DNA of 54,297 bases, counting the filler, from Basidiobolus ranarum (Eukaryota), in NCBI GenBank assembly GCA_040143965.1. It is 3 parts of 3 records of this genome, joined end to end, with 100 filler letters (N's around TTAATTAATTAA, not from the genome) between each part and the next. Parts side by side here need not be neighbours in the genome. Positions count along the whole stretch, not along the records: positions 18,220 to 36,247 come from JASJQH010000284.1; positions 36,348 to 54,297 come from JASJQH010000286.1; 1 more part is not named here. The stretch is one strand, 5' to 3'. The translations under genes were made by a program, and so were the position numbers. Below, piece after piece: positions 28,381 to 40,847 of the stretch. Position 1 is the stretch's first letter; the number at the start of each line of letters is the position of its first letter. The notes under the pieces were generated by a model that saw nothing but the letters and a program-made list of their open reading frames with translations, was not told the origin of the DNA and ran no database searches.

Positions 28381-29277
28381 ATGCGTTTCTGTTCTAAAAT
28401 CTCGGCTACTTTATTGGTTGCTGTGTTGTTGACCACTGGTGTTGTTGGTCAGAACGCTAATCCAAGCCCTAGTGCTAGTGGCGCTGGGAATACCTCCCCT
28501 TCCCCTAGTGGTGGTGGGAATGCTACTCCTTCTAGCAGTGCTGGAGGTAACTCAACCCCTACTGGCACCCCTTCTGGTTCGACTGCCGCCAACCCTTCCG
28601 GCACCAATACCCCCACCCCTTCTGGCGCTGCTGGCAATAATACAACTACACCCGCTACTCCAGATGGCAACAATACCACCACACCTAACTCGAACACATG
28701 TACTGGCTTCCCAAATCCCTCTAATCCTGTTTTAACACTTTGTTCACCAGCCAAGATATGGGATAATGCTCTTAATACCCAAGGCAGGTATCTGATCTCG
28801 AATACTGATGAAGTGAAGTTTCAGTGGGTTCTTCAAAAAGTTACAGTTCTACCTCAAGTCCTCACTTTCCGACTGACAGTCCCTTCAGTGACTAACAAGG
28901 CATTTGTTGCCAACGTCTCAGGATCTGAAACTGTATATATTTGGAAAACTAAAGACTGGGATCAAACCTCTTACCCATTGAAGGAAGGAAGTGGCTATGT
29001 TATGGAAATTACTGATGCTGATGCCGAAGCTGCCAATGCAAATACCACCGGTAGAATGACTAGAACCAGCTTCAGCTTCTCTATTTACACCAAAATCGGG
29101 AATAAACGTAAGTTTTGTTTTGTTATCAATGAGTGATAAATAGAAAATATACTAATTGATTTCCAACCAAAATAATCAGCCGTTGATCCAAACTCTTTAA
29201 ACGCAGCTCCCTCTCAAACGCCTACCATAGCCTTCGTCACGATGCTTCTCAGCAGTTTCTTAATATTGGGACAGTAA
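28381..29277 (+). CDS. Secreted, probably GPI-anchored Ser/Thr/Pro/Gly-rich surface protein (intron 29108-29179)
   Basis: Signal peptide 'MRFCSKISATLLVAVLLTTGVVG|QN', an S/T/P/G-rich stalk, a beta-rich domain ('YLISNTDEVKFQWVL...YIWKTKDW...GYVMEITD', DUF7137-like by impression only), and a last exon 'NSLNAAPSQTPTIAFVTMLLSSFLILGQ*' typical of a GPI signal. Confidence 0.8.
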
Positions 29278-32200
29278 TTATAATTGAATCAGACCTTTGG
29301 GCTATTGTTGATGAAATAATACACCTGTTGAGCATCTATCATATTGGCCTACCTAAATTCAGTGATTACTCCGACAGTCAGAAACATCTTTATCTTTTTG
29401 AAATTAACATACCCATGGGAAGTAAGCAAAGCTTACCTGAATCTATCATCACCCATTCATATCTATTGTTACCAACTGTTTATTGTAGTCTATCCATGTT
29501 AAAAAATCCATACCCCACTCCACTCCCCTCCATCCTAGTCTCCTTCGGATGACATCAAATAAATGAATTTCTCTAGTTTCAAATCAAATCGCTTACCACC
29601 TCATAGCGAATCTACTGGAACCATTCATTTATCGATCAATTACAATGGAATGCTTATATATATTATATTGGAGAGAAGATTCTTTGGATTTCATCACTTT
29701 TTACGCAAACGGATGATGAAATCAAGCTAGATTCTATTGGGTAATTCAAATGATGAAACATGTCCACATTGATCCCCAAGAAAAAAATTCAAGGTGAATT
29801 CACCTGTACATCTGCTGACTGTTAGTGATTTATTAAGACCATCAAGTAAAGAAATGGCACTTTTATATCGGGAGATTCTGTCATGTAGGGCTCATCTATA
29901 TGGCTTACACTTGGCAACGGTTTCAGGGAGAATGGTGTTCGAATGATCAGTAGTTAGATGGTCATTTCTCTTTGCAAAGTCAAGTGTTCATCAATTGATT
30001 AAATACCCTAGTTCATGGCCTAGTTCATTGTATGTCTTCTTCAGATCTGATGAAAGGGTTTGCATGGCTTCACTTTTGCATTGCCTGGCGTAGCGTGATC
30101 CTGTCGGAGTAATACTCTTTTTGAAGCGCTTGATACCTAGTTTGGCATCTCTATTGAGGATCCAGTGTGACCTTGACACGACGGAATGGAATGATATGTG
30201 TATGTGATGATCAGTATAGTTTATAGTAAGCAGTAACGTCATCTCAGGCTCCATCGAGAGTCGGTGAAGGCAGCAGCCATTTGAAGAATCTTGATACTAT
30301 CTTGAATATTCCAAATCATTGCGTGATGTGCTGATAACATACCATCTCTTACATCGATGGTTGAGAGAGTTGAACATCCAATGTTTCATTTCTCTTCACA
30401 TTTGTTATGGAAATTGTAACTGTCTGTGATGGAACTTTCCTCATGTTCTGTAGGTATCCATGGAAATACTAGAATACCGATACCATATCCAGAAACATTC
30501 TCGATTTAAGCAAGCTACAATAGAGTGACCGCATCCAGACCATTCTCAACATCGAATGATTGGTAGTGAGACTAGAGATTAGAAATCGAAACACTTGACC
30601 ATTAGCGTTAGTGATAGTAATTCAGTTGTTTCAATCATCTGGAAAGATAATTCTGCCGAAATTCCATGGTGACCAACTATACCTCTCTATATTTATGCAA
30701 GTTGATGTTATCTTCTTAGTTTAATGCTGAAATAGGGATGTTGATGACTTCAATTCTTAGTATTATATTATATATGCAAGTTAATATTATGCTCAAATCG
30801 ATCATGAATGAATCTTTATTTACCACTGATGTTCAATAATTCTAATTTTCTCAGAGTATCAATATTGAATGCATTTGTTCAATAGATTCTACAAAGTATA
30901 CATTCCAGTTTCAAATCCCAATATCTAGGACAGTCAATACCTTGTGTGGGATCTGCCTCAATACAATTATCTCCAATAAGCAATGTCAATCTTTTTCAAA
31001 TAGTGAATGTGGTAATTTCAAGCTTTCAAGATAGCTATCATATAGAAAATAGTCAATATGAAAAGTTGAAATATTAGACATATTACTTGCTGATACTACT
31101 GGTTAAAACATTTTTGGATATCGCAGCTCACTAATTGATTTTCAATTCTATAAACAGTGCTCGATAATCATAAATATACATGTTATCCATTATCTGAAAG
31201 TAGGCATATTTAGTGGCTAGCTAATCCATTGTTAATCACCTATATAGTCATATATAGCTTAGTATTTAGTTATCCTATATTGAACTAAGGTATCACCCAC
31301 TATTCTCAATTGGAACTTAATTAGAATATTTTTGCCAACTCAGAAGTTCTCAGATATATAGATTTTTCAAACTTGAGCTAGAAGCCCCAAACTCTGCACA
31401 TATGTTCCTGGGACCTTGTTTAACACACTCAACTCAATTTTTGTTTACCCCTTGACAAAACTATAAATGTGAACTTTCAACTCATTAAATCAATGAGTGA
31501 AAACCACCAATTTCTCTAGTTCTTCAATCCACTTCAAACAGGCTCTCAAATACTTTACCATATATTACCACAAGTAGTGGTTATAAGATTAGATACTACT
31601 TTGATAGAGTTAAGTATGTTGTAGAATGGGTGAGCATTGTGGGCAGCTTTGGTAAAGTATATTTTATCTCAACTCTATTCTGTATACTGAATCCCTCAAC
31701 AATACTGAACACTTTTTATGATACTAAATAACTATATATCCTCACAAATTTACATATCCAATAACACTTAACAAGTAATGGCCTTATATTCAGAACATTT
31801 ATGAAGGCTCCCTTGAGGTAATAATCTTGGAGCTTCTATTTTAATTATTGTAATAAATTCAACATCTTGAACACATATATAACATGTACCTCAGAGATGG
31901 TTTTCAAAAATATTTCATTCAATCCAAATGCAACTTGTAATTCCTTGATCAGATGAGGAATTGCTATAATACCTGTATTTCAGTCATCCCTAGTGTAGCA
32001 GCAGATAATATTGTATCACATAGGTCTAGGAATAGTTTGGTCCAAAATGAAGTTCCAAATACTAAATAATTAACTTTCACTATTATACCTCATCAAAATA
32101 GACCTTTAATGTTTTGAATATGCTGTTGTGTCAAGGCAAATAAATAGATGGAATGATTTTTGCTTTACTGTTTACTTGTACTATGAGCATATATAGATAT

Positions 32201-32490
32201 ACTACTAGCAAAAACAGCAGAATTATATGGACTCTATATCTTTGCCACTTTAGACCAGAGTGGCAAAGATATAGTACATACATTTCACATTATTACATAC
32301 ATATTTTACTTCAACTAAATGATATAGAGTTTATTTTTGAGAGATGTAATTGAACTAATGGAAAATTACAGTACATTAGGAAGATTCATAACAACAACTA
32401 AAGTCTAATAGGGTAATTATGTATAGAATCATTAACTGAGATTACGTATTGTTGAGATATGAATCCAATGGGTTCTGGTTGTAATGTGGT

Positions 32491-33394
32491 TCATGCTTTC
32501 TTTGTATGACTACCAGTAAATCCACCACCACGTCCAAACCACCCGCCTGTTCTAGCTCCTCTTCCAAAACTGATATTTTTTGGAATACGAAGCTTGTTCA
32601 TAGATGAAGTTAGTTCTACAACATCCATTTCGTCAGAATCATCAATTCTAGTGTCATGCTTAATAGGAGACTTTTCGGAATTCCGTACGATATCCATGGG
32701 ATCCGTTTGCTTAGTACTCTTCGAAGATTTCCATCGTTTAGCTAGACCAGTCTGTACAATGCGAAAGTTGAAACTTTTTGGGTATTTATGCTTTTCAATT
32801 AAATGTAATTTTCGTTTTCTTGGCTCGGAGAATTTACGTTCACAACCCATAACGAAGCAACGATACTACATTGATGCAAAAGTTCGCTGAAAAATTTAGT
32901 TCTATGTATAAATGGAGTAATTGTTGACTAGTTTTCTTGTTTCGTACCAATTTCTCTCCACGTTCTAGTCGAATTTTAAATATAGAATCGTGTCGCTCTT
33001 CTATATGCAATTCAAGCCAGCGTGAACTTGGGAATGTTTTTGAACAATCGTGACATACATGCTTGTGTGTAGCCTCGTAATGGGCTTCATAAGCAGCATT
33101 GTTTGGATAGATTATTCGACCAGTACAGGGAGAAGTATGACAAGCCAATGTTAACGAAGCTTCCCTATTATTATTAAGTGAACATTTAGTATACAAAGAA
33201 AGTGATTCTCCCTCCCAATTAACTGAAGAATTTTTTTACTTTGATAACTGAGCTACAGTTCTCTGGACTTCGTTGTCAGGAATACGGGCATGTTTAGTCA
33301 ACCAATATCCTCTAGCTTCAAGATTGCCTTCGACAAAGAAATTGTCCTCTGGGGCGAGTTTACGTCTCTTAGGTATATATATATTAAGGGACAT
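32491..33394 (-). CDS. ZNF511: ZNF511-like C2H2 zinc-finger protein (2 exons)
   Basis: 'PKRRKLAPEDNFFVEGN', 'YEAHYEATHKHVCHDCSKTFPSSRWLELHIEERHDSIF', 'YRCFVMGCERKFSEPRKRKLHLIEKHKYPKSFNF', 'IPKNISFGRG', matching the ZNF511 family layout. Confidence 0.85.
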
Positions 33395-34845
33395 GAATAA
33401 ACCGTACTTGACGAAAAATTGGGTACCTGAGTCTGTTTATTGTGTACATAATCAGCACAGAAATCACAATGGATCGACTATTGATCGATCTAGAGGGAAT
33501 TCGTTTCCATTCGGATACGATTCATCATAAAATATATTCCGGTATCTGACCGAAAGTTCGCATATTGACTGCCGAAACATAGATTGGATATTTTAATCGG
33601 CTTACGTATGCAATATGGAAATTCTACAATACTTGAAAGCATGTTCACCAGATCTGATTACGGGCTAAATTTACACTTCCAAAATAGAATGGGATTTCAA
33701 GAAATCAATCCGGTTGAATCGAATAGGAACCAATGGATCGGACATGTGGAGAATTGGGAGGATGCGGTGCTGTTGTCAGCCAACAACTACAGTATATGGT
33801 ATCATGCAAATGAGTATTTGTAGAATTCCGAGTCCACTACTATTGATGGTAGCAGATGCGCAATGCAGTGCTTATCCTTGGCCAACTTTAAATCGGATGG
33901 GTACTTACATTAACTAAACAATGAACGAGAATGGGTTTCAATCTATGCTTTCGGTGGCATAAAGATCAATCTTTGAGTTAAATCGGAATGTCGTATATGA
34001 ATGGAATCTCCTCACTACCCGTGTCCCCAACGCTAGGTGAAACCCGCCCACACTCTAACCTCGATACTTTGCGCTTGATTGATGGAAGCCAACATTTTTA
34101 AGCTTAACTCATCAATGCGTTATATTGCTAAAGACATCAACCTATCGGTGCTTTAGACACGCTGGTCAAGAACAACAAGCAGGCGAGGTGATGTCACTAG
34201 CTAACACTTATTTGATTATGTACTTATCAATCCATATCGCTTTGCTCACGTTCTCAATTATGAGATGAACGAATGGAAACTGTATAAGCTAATGCATGTT
34301 ATCCTTCTCCAAATTCTTGATAATAAATAATGCTATTTATGGTGTAATTATGCAGAATACAGAGTTTATTATTGAGCGATTTCTACATGTTCCTGGGTTT
34401 TTCCGCGGTGGATTGCAATTTGGCCGGTTTGATGACGAACAGTTGGCAACCTCCAATACTGATGTAAAGTGCTCGAGCTTACCATCAGATTACGACGAAC
34501 ACATAAGCATCGTGAGGTGTTCCGTACGGCTTCCAACAAATCATCGAGATTCAGCTAACTGGCAGACATTATCGAGTGTATTGACTACTATATTGGAAAT
34601 AATACAAATAAAGAATGATGGAAATGTTGAACATGCTTTTTGTTGATAAATTTACAAGATAATACAAAACGAATTTTTGAAATTTGAGTGATGATAGAAA
34701 ATAAAAAATTAATTTTGAACGAGACAATTGAAGGGGATTAAGGTTTCTACGGTAGGAAGGTTGTATACATTGAACCAATAATACTTCTTATTGTTCCTTT
34801 CTTCAACTCTACACACGAGTCTTCGGTAATAAGAGGTTGTCCATT

Positions 34846-36247
34846 TTAGAATATCTGACCAACAACCCAAAGATATGTAACTACCCAAAGGGCGAGGGCA
34901 GGTGCGGCAAAAAGATAAGAGTATAATAGCAGTTGAGCCATTTCGTCTTCACAATTGCCCACGGCTTGACAGATGTTCATAAGATTGACGGCTGTAGGGC
35001 CACTGCCAAGAAGCATCATAACCATAACAAACACTGGATCACTACCAAGTGCGAAGAACTTATGAGTGAGCAGCACCACACCGATGGAAACGAGGGGCAT
35101 AAGTACCATTCGTTGTATGACAATAGTCCAAATAACTTTCTTGAAAGCTGCTCTACCAGAGAGTCCATATAATTGAGCTCCTAAACAAAGAAGAATCAAC
35201 GGGATAGAGGCATTACCACAGGTATCGATGGCTCGCATGACAGGGCGAAGAACAGGAGCTGGACCGAACAACAGACCTTTAAGGAAAGGTATCAGTCCAA
35301 CAAATAACCCGATGAAGGTTGCACAGAGGGGAGGGTTGAACACCTTGGCAATAGAAGTAAACCATGACTTGATCTTGATTTTCCAACTTTCAGAACGACT
35401 AGGTCCTGGGATGTGGCCTAATAAGCTACTTCCTTCGGAAATTTGCTCATTAGGGAGTAACTCTTCACCGGAATGGCTGTCTCCAGAAGAGCTACCATAG
35501 TCGGAATATAGGGAAGGAGGTCTACTTGATTTTCCAGTCTTTTCAACGGGCATCGTTATGACGCTACCGTCGGGGCTATGAACAATGCTAGTGTAAACGA
35601 CCTCTTCTTTAGGGGCGTTCAGAAGTTTGAAACCGTAACTGAATCGAAGAAAATTGCCGAGTATAGCAAAAATCACGATATATGATATTCCTCTAGCTTG
35701 TACATCCTCTGGAGTGTCTTTGTCACCCCAAAAGAGCATTTTGACAGCTACACTGCTCGCCAAGCTTTGAATTAACGGAATAGGCAAGCTGTTAGTATTG
35801 GGAAACATACTCGCTGCCATGGAGAAGTTGGACTGCGCCTTGTTAAATTTGAACAGGTATGCGCAGATTTGAGATACGAGTACGGAGACGATAGTGAAAA
35901 TCAAGGCGTACGTTGGGATCGGCCAGAATGTTAAAAAGACGGTCGGAGAGACCGCTGAGGCAACATTAGAGAAGAGAAGACATGGTGTGAGAAAGTTGAG
36001 ATTTAAATTGGAGATGGACTATGATGAAAACATGTGATTAGTAAACATTCGGTGATAGAATAGAATGCATATGTACTAACCTTTTGCAAGCTCTTCGTCA
36101 GAATGCCCTTTTTAGATAAGTAGATGCCTACACCACAAGTGACAGCAATTTGAAGAATCGCCTAATGAACGGACAAATGCTGTTAGTTACGTTGTATTGT
36201 TATTAATATAGGCTAGAAGATGCTTCTATACCTCACCACTGGCTTTG
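34846..36247 (-). CDS. PIN-LIKES / auxin-efflux-carrier family (Mem_trans) transporter, 5'-truncated
   Basis: 'NLNFLTPCLLFSNV', 'FPNTNSLPIPLIQSL', 'RGISY', 'FNPPLCA', 'GNASIPLILLCLGAQL', 'DPVF...GPTAVNL'; two hydrophobic bundles separated by a hydrophilic loop. Confidence 0.9.
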
Positions 36248-36347
36248 NNNNNNNNNNNNNNNNNNNNNNNNNNNNNNNNNNNNNNNNNNNNTTAATTAAT
36301 TAANNNNNNNNNNNNNNNNNNNNNNNNNNNNNNNNNNNNNNNNNNNN
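36248..36347. other. Artificial contig linker / assembly gap
   Basis: Same 100-nt N/TTAATTAATTAA cassette as at 18120. Confidence 0.97.
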
Positions 36348-36765
36348 AGAGGATTCAGCAAACTATATTGATATTGTCACAAATGATCAAGCTGCTGGTA
36401 CTAATGATATGTCCTCCACTCCACGCGTCAGTTTACACTCAATATCTAAGGATCAATGCGACTCGATATGCACCAAGGATACAGCAGTGGAATGTTCCAG
36501 TTGTACGAGTCTTAAATGTGAAGTAGCAGCTTTGAGAAAGACGATTGAGTATTGCAGATACTTAATAGAGAATTCAGTATACTATATTGATATTCTCGCA
36601 AATGACCAAGAGGCTTGTACTATCGATATATCACAGTCTTTAATACCCTTTTTCGCCGTGCCTATCTCACTAGAAAATAACTTACTTGGTTTATGGGCAA
36701 GTTCTGACCCCAATATATATTCTTATTTCTGCCCATATCCTTCATCTATGGACGATAATGAATGA
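36348..36765 (+). CDS. HSF-array family copy A, C-terminal part only (5' end lost in the gap)
   Basis: 'SSTPRVSLHSIS...CDSIC...ECSSC..LKCEVAALRKTIEY...YIDIL.NDQEACTIDISQSLIP' is closely similar to exon 3 of the intact HSF copy at 39909-40847. Confidence 0.75.
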
Positions 36766-37021
36766 TTTCCTTATACTTGCCACCCTTTCGCACCAATTTA
36801 TTGCAGATAAACCAAGTCACTCGTAACGAGGCGGTTCTGTATGAGGATTGTCCTCATCACATTTGTTCATAGTACATGCTCTATAGACACTAACAGAATA
36901 AGCCAATTTGTCCGCGGAACTAGATGTTATTTGTAATTGCGTTTATAGCTATCATGACCAAGTACTTGTCCTGATCCTCTTTTTATGGCCATTTACTATA
37001 ATTATATGATATAAAATATAA

Positions 37022-37340
37022 AGAAACAATTGGTTTTGAGTAACAGGTCCTTAGTAGAGAATTCCATAAATTATATTGATATTCTCACAAATGGCCAATA
37101 AGCGTGTACTATTGATATCCTTCATCTATGGACATTATAGGATGGTTTCCTATAAATGGCAGTAATTGATGGATATTACTTTGAAGTACACTTACCACTC
37201 TTTCGCACCACTTTAGTGCAGATCAGCCGAATCACCAATTGAAAACGGCTTTATCATATTTATTAATAGATCATGGTCTATTTTATTGGTGATAAAAAGT
37301 TGTGCACGGAACTAGATATTATTAGTAAAGAGGTGGAATA
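37022..37340 (+). pseudogene. Degenerate 3' fragment of an HSF-array gene plus 3' flank
   Basis: 'gagaattccataaattatattgatattctcacaaatggccaa-TAA-gcgtgtactattgatat' matches 40626-40690 with a stop and an internal deletion. The downstream 'aaatggcagtaatt' and 'aactagat..agtaaaga' match 40832-41060. Confidence 0.75.
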
Positions 37341-39316
37341 AGTTGCTGCGAATTGTATATATATATATTGATATATGCTATTAATGCAATTCAACTGGTT
37401 TATATGAAGTAGATTGCGTGTATACATATGTAGAGAGTGTGTGGGTGAGAGTTGTGTATATAATAAAGAAATAGCAATACGAATCATCTACATTGGAATA
37501 TTGCCGGATGTTGCTTTGTAGTTGACATGTTAGAGGTCTCACTGAGGCATGACCGAGTGTAAACATTGTGTAGATCTATATCTCTTCGATACTACTTGTA
37601 AAGCATGTCATCATTTGATCTTGGAGAGAGTGCTAAGGCTTAATAATGACAAACCCTGCATCTCAAACTTGAGCAATACACAAGGTATATTTCAATGAAT
37701 CTTACCATATGAATGTGGAAGTTTGTGATATTAGTACCTGCACTTTATTCTTGGAAATGACAAACAGCTACATAATATCATGCAACATGAGTTGCATTGC
37801 TAGACTCTATAGTTAATGGAAGTGATACTGTTTAGAGTCAATATATTTAATCTTCAGCGAGTAAAGTGTTTAAGGTTCCAACATCAAGTGGCATTATGAA
37901 ACAACTTGACCAAAATCTGACTGGTAGTGAATCCAAGATGATTAAATTTATGGTATGTACTCTGTTTAAACAGGATACATAGTAGCATATTCATTGTAGA
38001 TACTTATGTTGCTATGAAAGACAAGCATTTAAATTTTCATATAAATGGTAAAGATGGAAGTGACAAATAGCATCAAGTTAAAAAGATATGACTAAATCAT
38101 TTACTCAATACAAAAGCACATTCCTTATCCACTCTCATCTTAAGAAAGCATATGAGGACTGGAGAAATAAATCAACACTATGCCAATCATATGAATGTTA
38201 CAATCAATCCATCTAGTCATAATAAAAATGGTGCTGACTGAAACTGGAGGAGAAAATACGTATTATCAAAAAACTCAACAATATCAGATAGCTGACTCAA
38301 ATGAACCAATCGGGTTTACTACATGATGCTACTTGAAGCCTACTTTCTAAGACACTGTCCAAGTATGTATATTTCGGGACTTGCTGGATCAGTATCAAGA
38401 CAATGCTTCAAATGGTGACTGTTGTTATCACTAACCAAGATCAATGAACAGATCATGGTTTAAGTCGCAGCCAAAAGAGATTATCATATTCAAACAGTTT
38501 CGCCCAAATCTTAAAAAGAGAAGAAAGTAGATAATTACAATCGTAGACTACTCGCTAAAGTAAGGCTAGTACTGCCGCGCAAAGTGTTGGCAGATAGCTC
38601 CCGTTGATAACCCGCACTGCAAGAGTTGAATAGATATGAAACATGTGTCTATTGAGCGAAATGCGACTGAGCACTTAAATCTCAAAGTAGCAATTCTAGC
38701 ACTTAAATTCCTCAATCTTCTTCCCAGATCTCATACTTCCCCGACAACCGGTTAGTGATAAGAGTATTAGATTTATCACTCAGCTAATAATCACTCCGCC
38801 AATTCGCTATACTTGAATACTGGTATGACAATCTTCTTCATTCCCATTGGAGGATCTTATTTGTGAATGGACCGTTGAATTTACGAAATTCAGGCTTAGT
38901 CAACTCTAAAAACGGCGAAGCCTATAGTAGTTATATATAGCCCGCATGGTCCAAGGTCCAAGTTTAATCACCAGAAGTTCACATTCACATTTCCATGCTA
39001 TATGGGTAACCAATAGAATACAACGCGACAATACAACAGTCTCATAATCAACCCTGACCTTGACCAATGCTGTCAGTGAAACATAATTGCCTAGTTTACG
39101 CTTTACTTTAATATGATCTGCTTGAAAGCTCAGAGTCGGTTATTTAGCATAGTGAGGAATTAACTCGAGTTGGTTCTACAATTGAGTATAAAGATATGGC
39201 CTAATAAGTGCAGTATTACAGATGAAAAATGTTTCGGCGAATGTAAACAAAGTTTTTGTCACTCAAAAGAGAGTAAAGATCTCACTTTTCTTTCCCCGTT
39301 ATTGTAACATATACAC

Positions 39317-39500
39317 TGGACTTGTTCCCAATGATAGTGCCAGATTGTGCTGTATATATCATATTGGATAAAGTATTCTAAAATTTATGCGGCACAATTT
39401 GGCACTATCCAGCACCCTCTGGCATGATCAATTTCATTCATAATTACTATAATATATTGAGCCAAGGGCCGATAAATCCTGGCACAATGGAACAAGTCCA
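39317..39500. repeat. 184-bp element with terminal inverted repeats and nested hairpins (MITE/foldback-like)
   Basis: TGGACTTGTTCC (39317-39328) and GGAACAAGTCCA (39489-39500) form a perfect 12-bp inverted repeat. Internal 20-bp inverted repeat at 39333-39352 / 39390-39409. Confidence 0.6.
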
Positions 39501-39908
39501 CTACAACTGGTGCGAGTGTCATAGTGAGCATCTAATGTAGGTGTCCCATATCCATGTAAAGTAAATATGAAATTGGGAGTAGGGCCGTCCTTAAACTCAA
39601 CCCATATCTAGTATATGATCAAAATTTTTGGGTAAAACCTTTGCTAATGGATTTTCTTACCTAAACGGTAATACCCAAATGGTAATCATACAGAGGGGAA
39701 TCAATATTGTGGCTGTTGCTCCATTTGCGATAGATCACACTCTTCATTGTGTTAATGTTGCATTCAATACAAAAGAGTAATTCAAGAAATGAATCAGTGT
39801 GAAGGAAAACAGCAGAAAGGAGTTCACAAAATATATCCATTCAAGAGGAAAGTATAAAATGGGTGGTCTTCCTCGTTAGTACAAGCATGGTCATTACCAA
39901 TCTCAAAA

Positions 39909-40847
39909 ATGTCAGGTAAACATGGTATTCGCATGCCTTCCTTTGTGTTAAATCTTGTAAAGTAATGCTATCTCTCTCTTCTTCTCTTTTATTATTGAAA
40001 TTAGTCTTTATTAACATGAATAATTCTGTAGAATCCTTTCTGAACCAAACTATTCCCACATAATAGCCTGGGAGTGGTCAGGCATCAGCTTTATCATTAA
40101 GGATTCAATCGAATTTGCCTCCAAAGTACTTCCCCAATACTACGAGACTAGTAAATTAGCTTCATTCACTCGTCAACTCAATGTAAATCTTTGGAGATAA
40201 ATACATACAACAAAATATTAGTAATCAATTCTTTTGAATAGAATTACGGATTTGACAGAGTTACTGACCGGCGAAGAACGAACCAAAGCGGTATTACATC
40301 ATGGATAAGTTATTCACATCAATATTTCAAACGAGATCAACCGAATTCTCTTCATCTTGTTCAACGCCTATCGGGTCCATACTCTAGAGTGAGAAACCAG
40401 GCCTCAACTCTAGCTGAAAATGAAGACATCAGGACGAAATTACTACATTCGCCACTGTCATCAGTATTATCCTCTACTCCACGGGTCAGTTTACACTCAA
40501 TATCTCCAAAAGAATGTGAATCAATATGCACCAGGAATATAGCAGTGGACTGTTTGAGTTGTATAACTCTTAAACGTGAAGTAGCAACTTTGGGCAAGAC
40601 GATTGAGTATTATAAGTCACTAATAGAGAATTCAGCAACGTATATTGACATTCTTACAAATGGCCAAGAAGCTTGTACTATTGATATATCACAATCTTTA
40701 ATCCCTTCTTTTGCCATGCCTATCTCACTAGAAGAGGTCTCGCTAAGTTCATGGACTAACTATGATTGCGATGCATATTCTCATATTTACTCATATCCTT
40801 CACCTATGTGCGCTATTCAATTGTTTCCTAAAAATGGCAGTAATTAA
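39909..40847 (+). CDS. HSF-type DNA-binding-domain transcription factor, copy B (exons 39909-39961, 40032-40182, 40242-40847)
   Basis: Spliced: 'MSGKHGIRMPSFVLNLVK|ILSEPNYSHIIAWEWSGISFIIKDSIEFASKVLPQYYETSKLASFTRQLN|NYGFDRVTDRRRT...YSHQYFKRDQPNSLHLVQR', a complete HSF winged-helix signature. TATAAAA near 39853. Confidence 0.9.

Noticed and set aside
28439-28754. Overlapping alternative-frame and antisense ORFs in the GPI protein gene
   Set aside because: By-products of low-complexity Ser/Thr/Pro/Gly codons.
29900-32350. AT-rich region possibly derived from decayed transposons, including an 11-bp inverted repeat at 31550/31650
   Set aside because: No identifiable transposase or RT motifs, TSDs or long repeats; needs a repeat-library search.
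18120-36347. TTAATTAATTAA palindromes inside N runs, and apparent gene neighbourhoods across them
   Set aside because: These are artificial six-frame-stop linkers. Adjacency across them (lipase-UBR1, PILS-HSF array) is not evidence of real linkage.
37850-38250. Exon-like stretch with a GTATGT...TAG intron-like segment
   Set aside because: Multiple stops after the putative junction and no recognisable homology.
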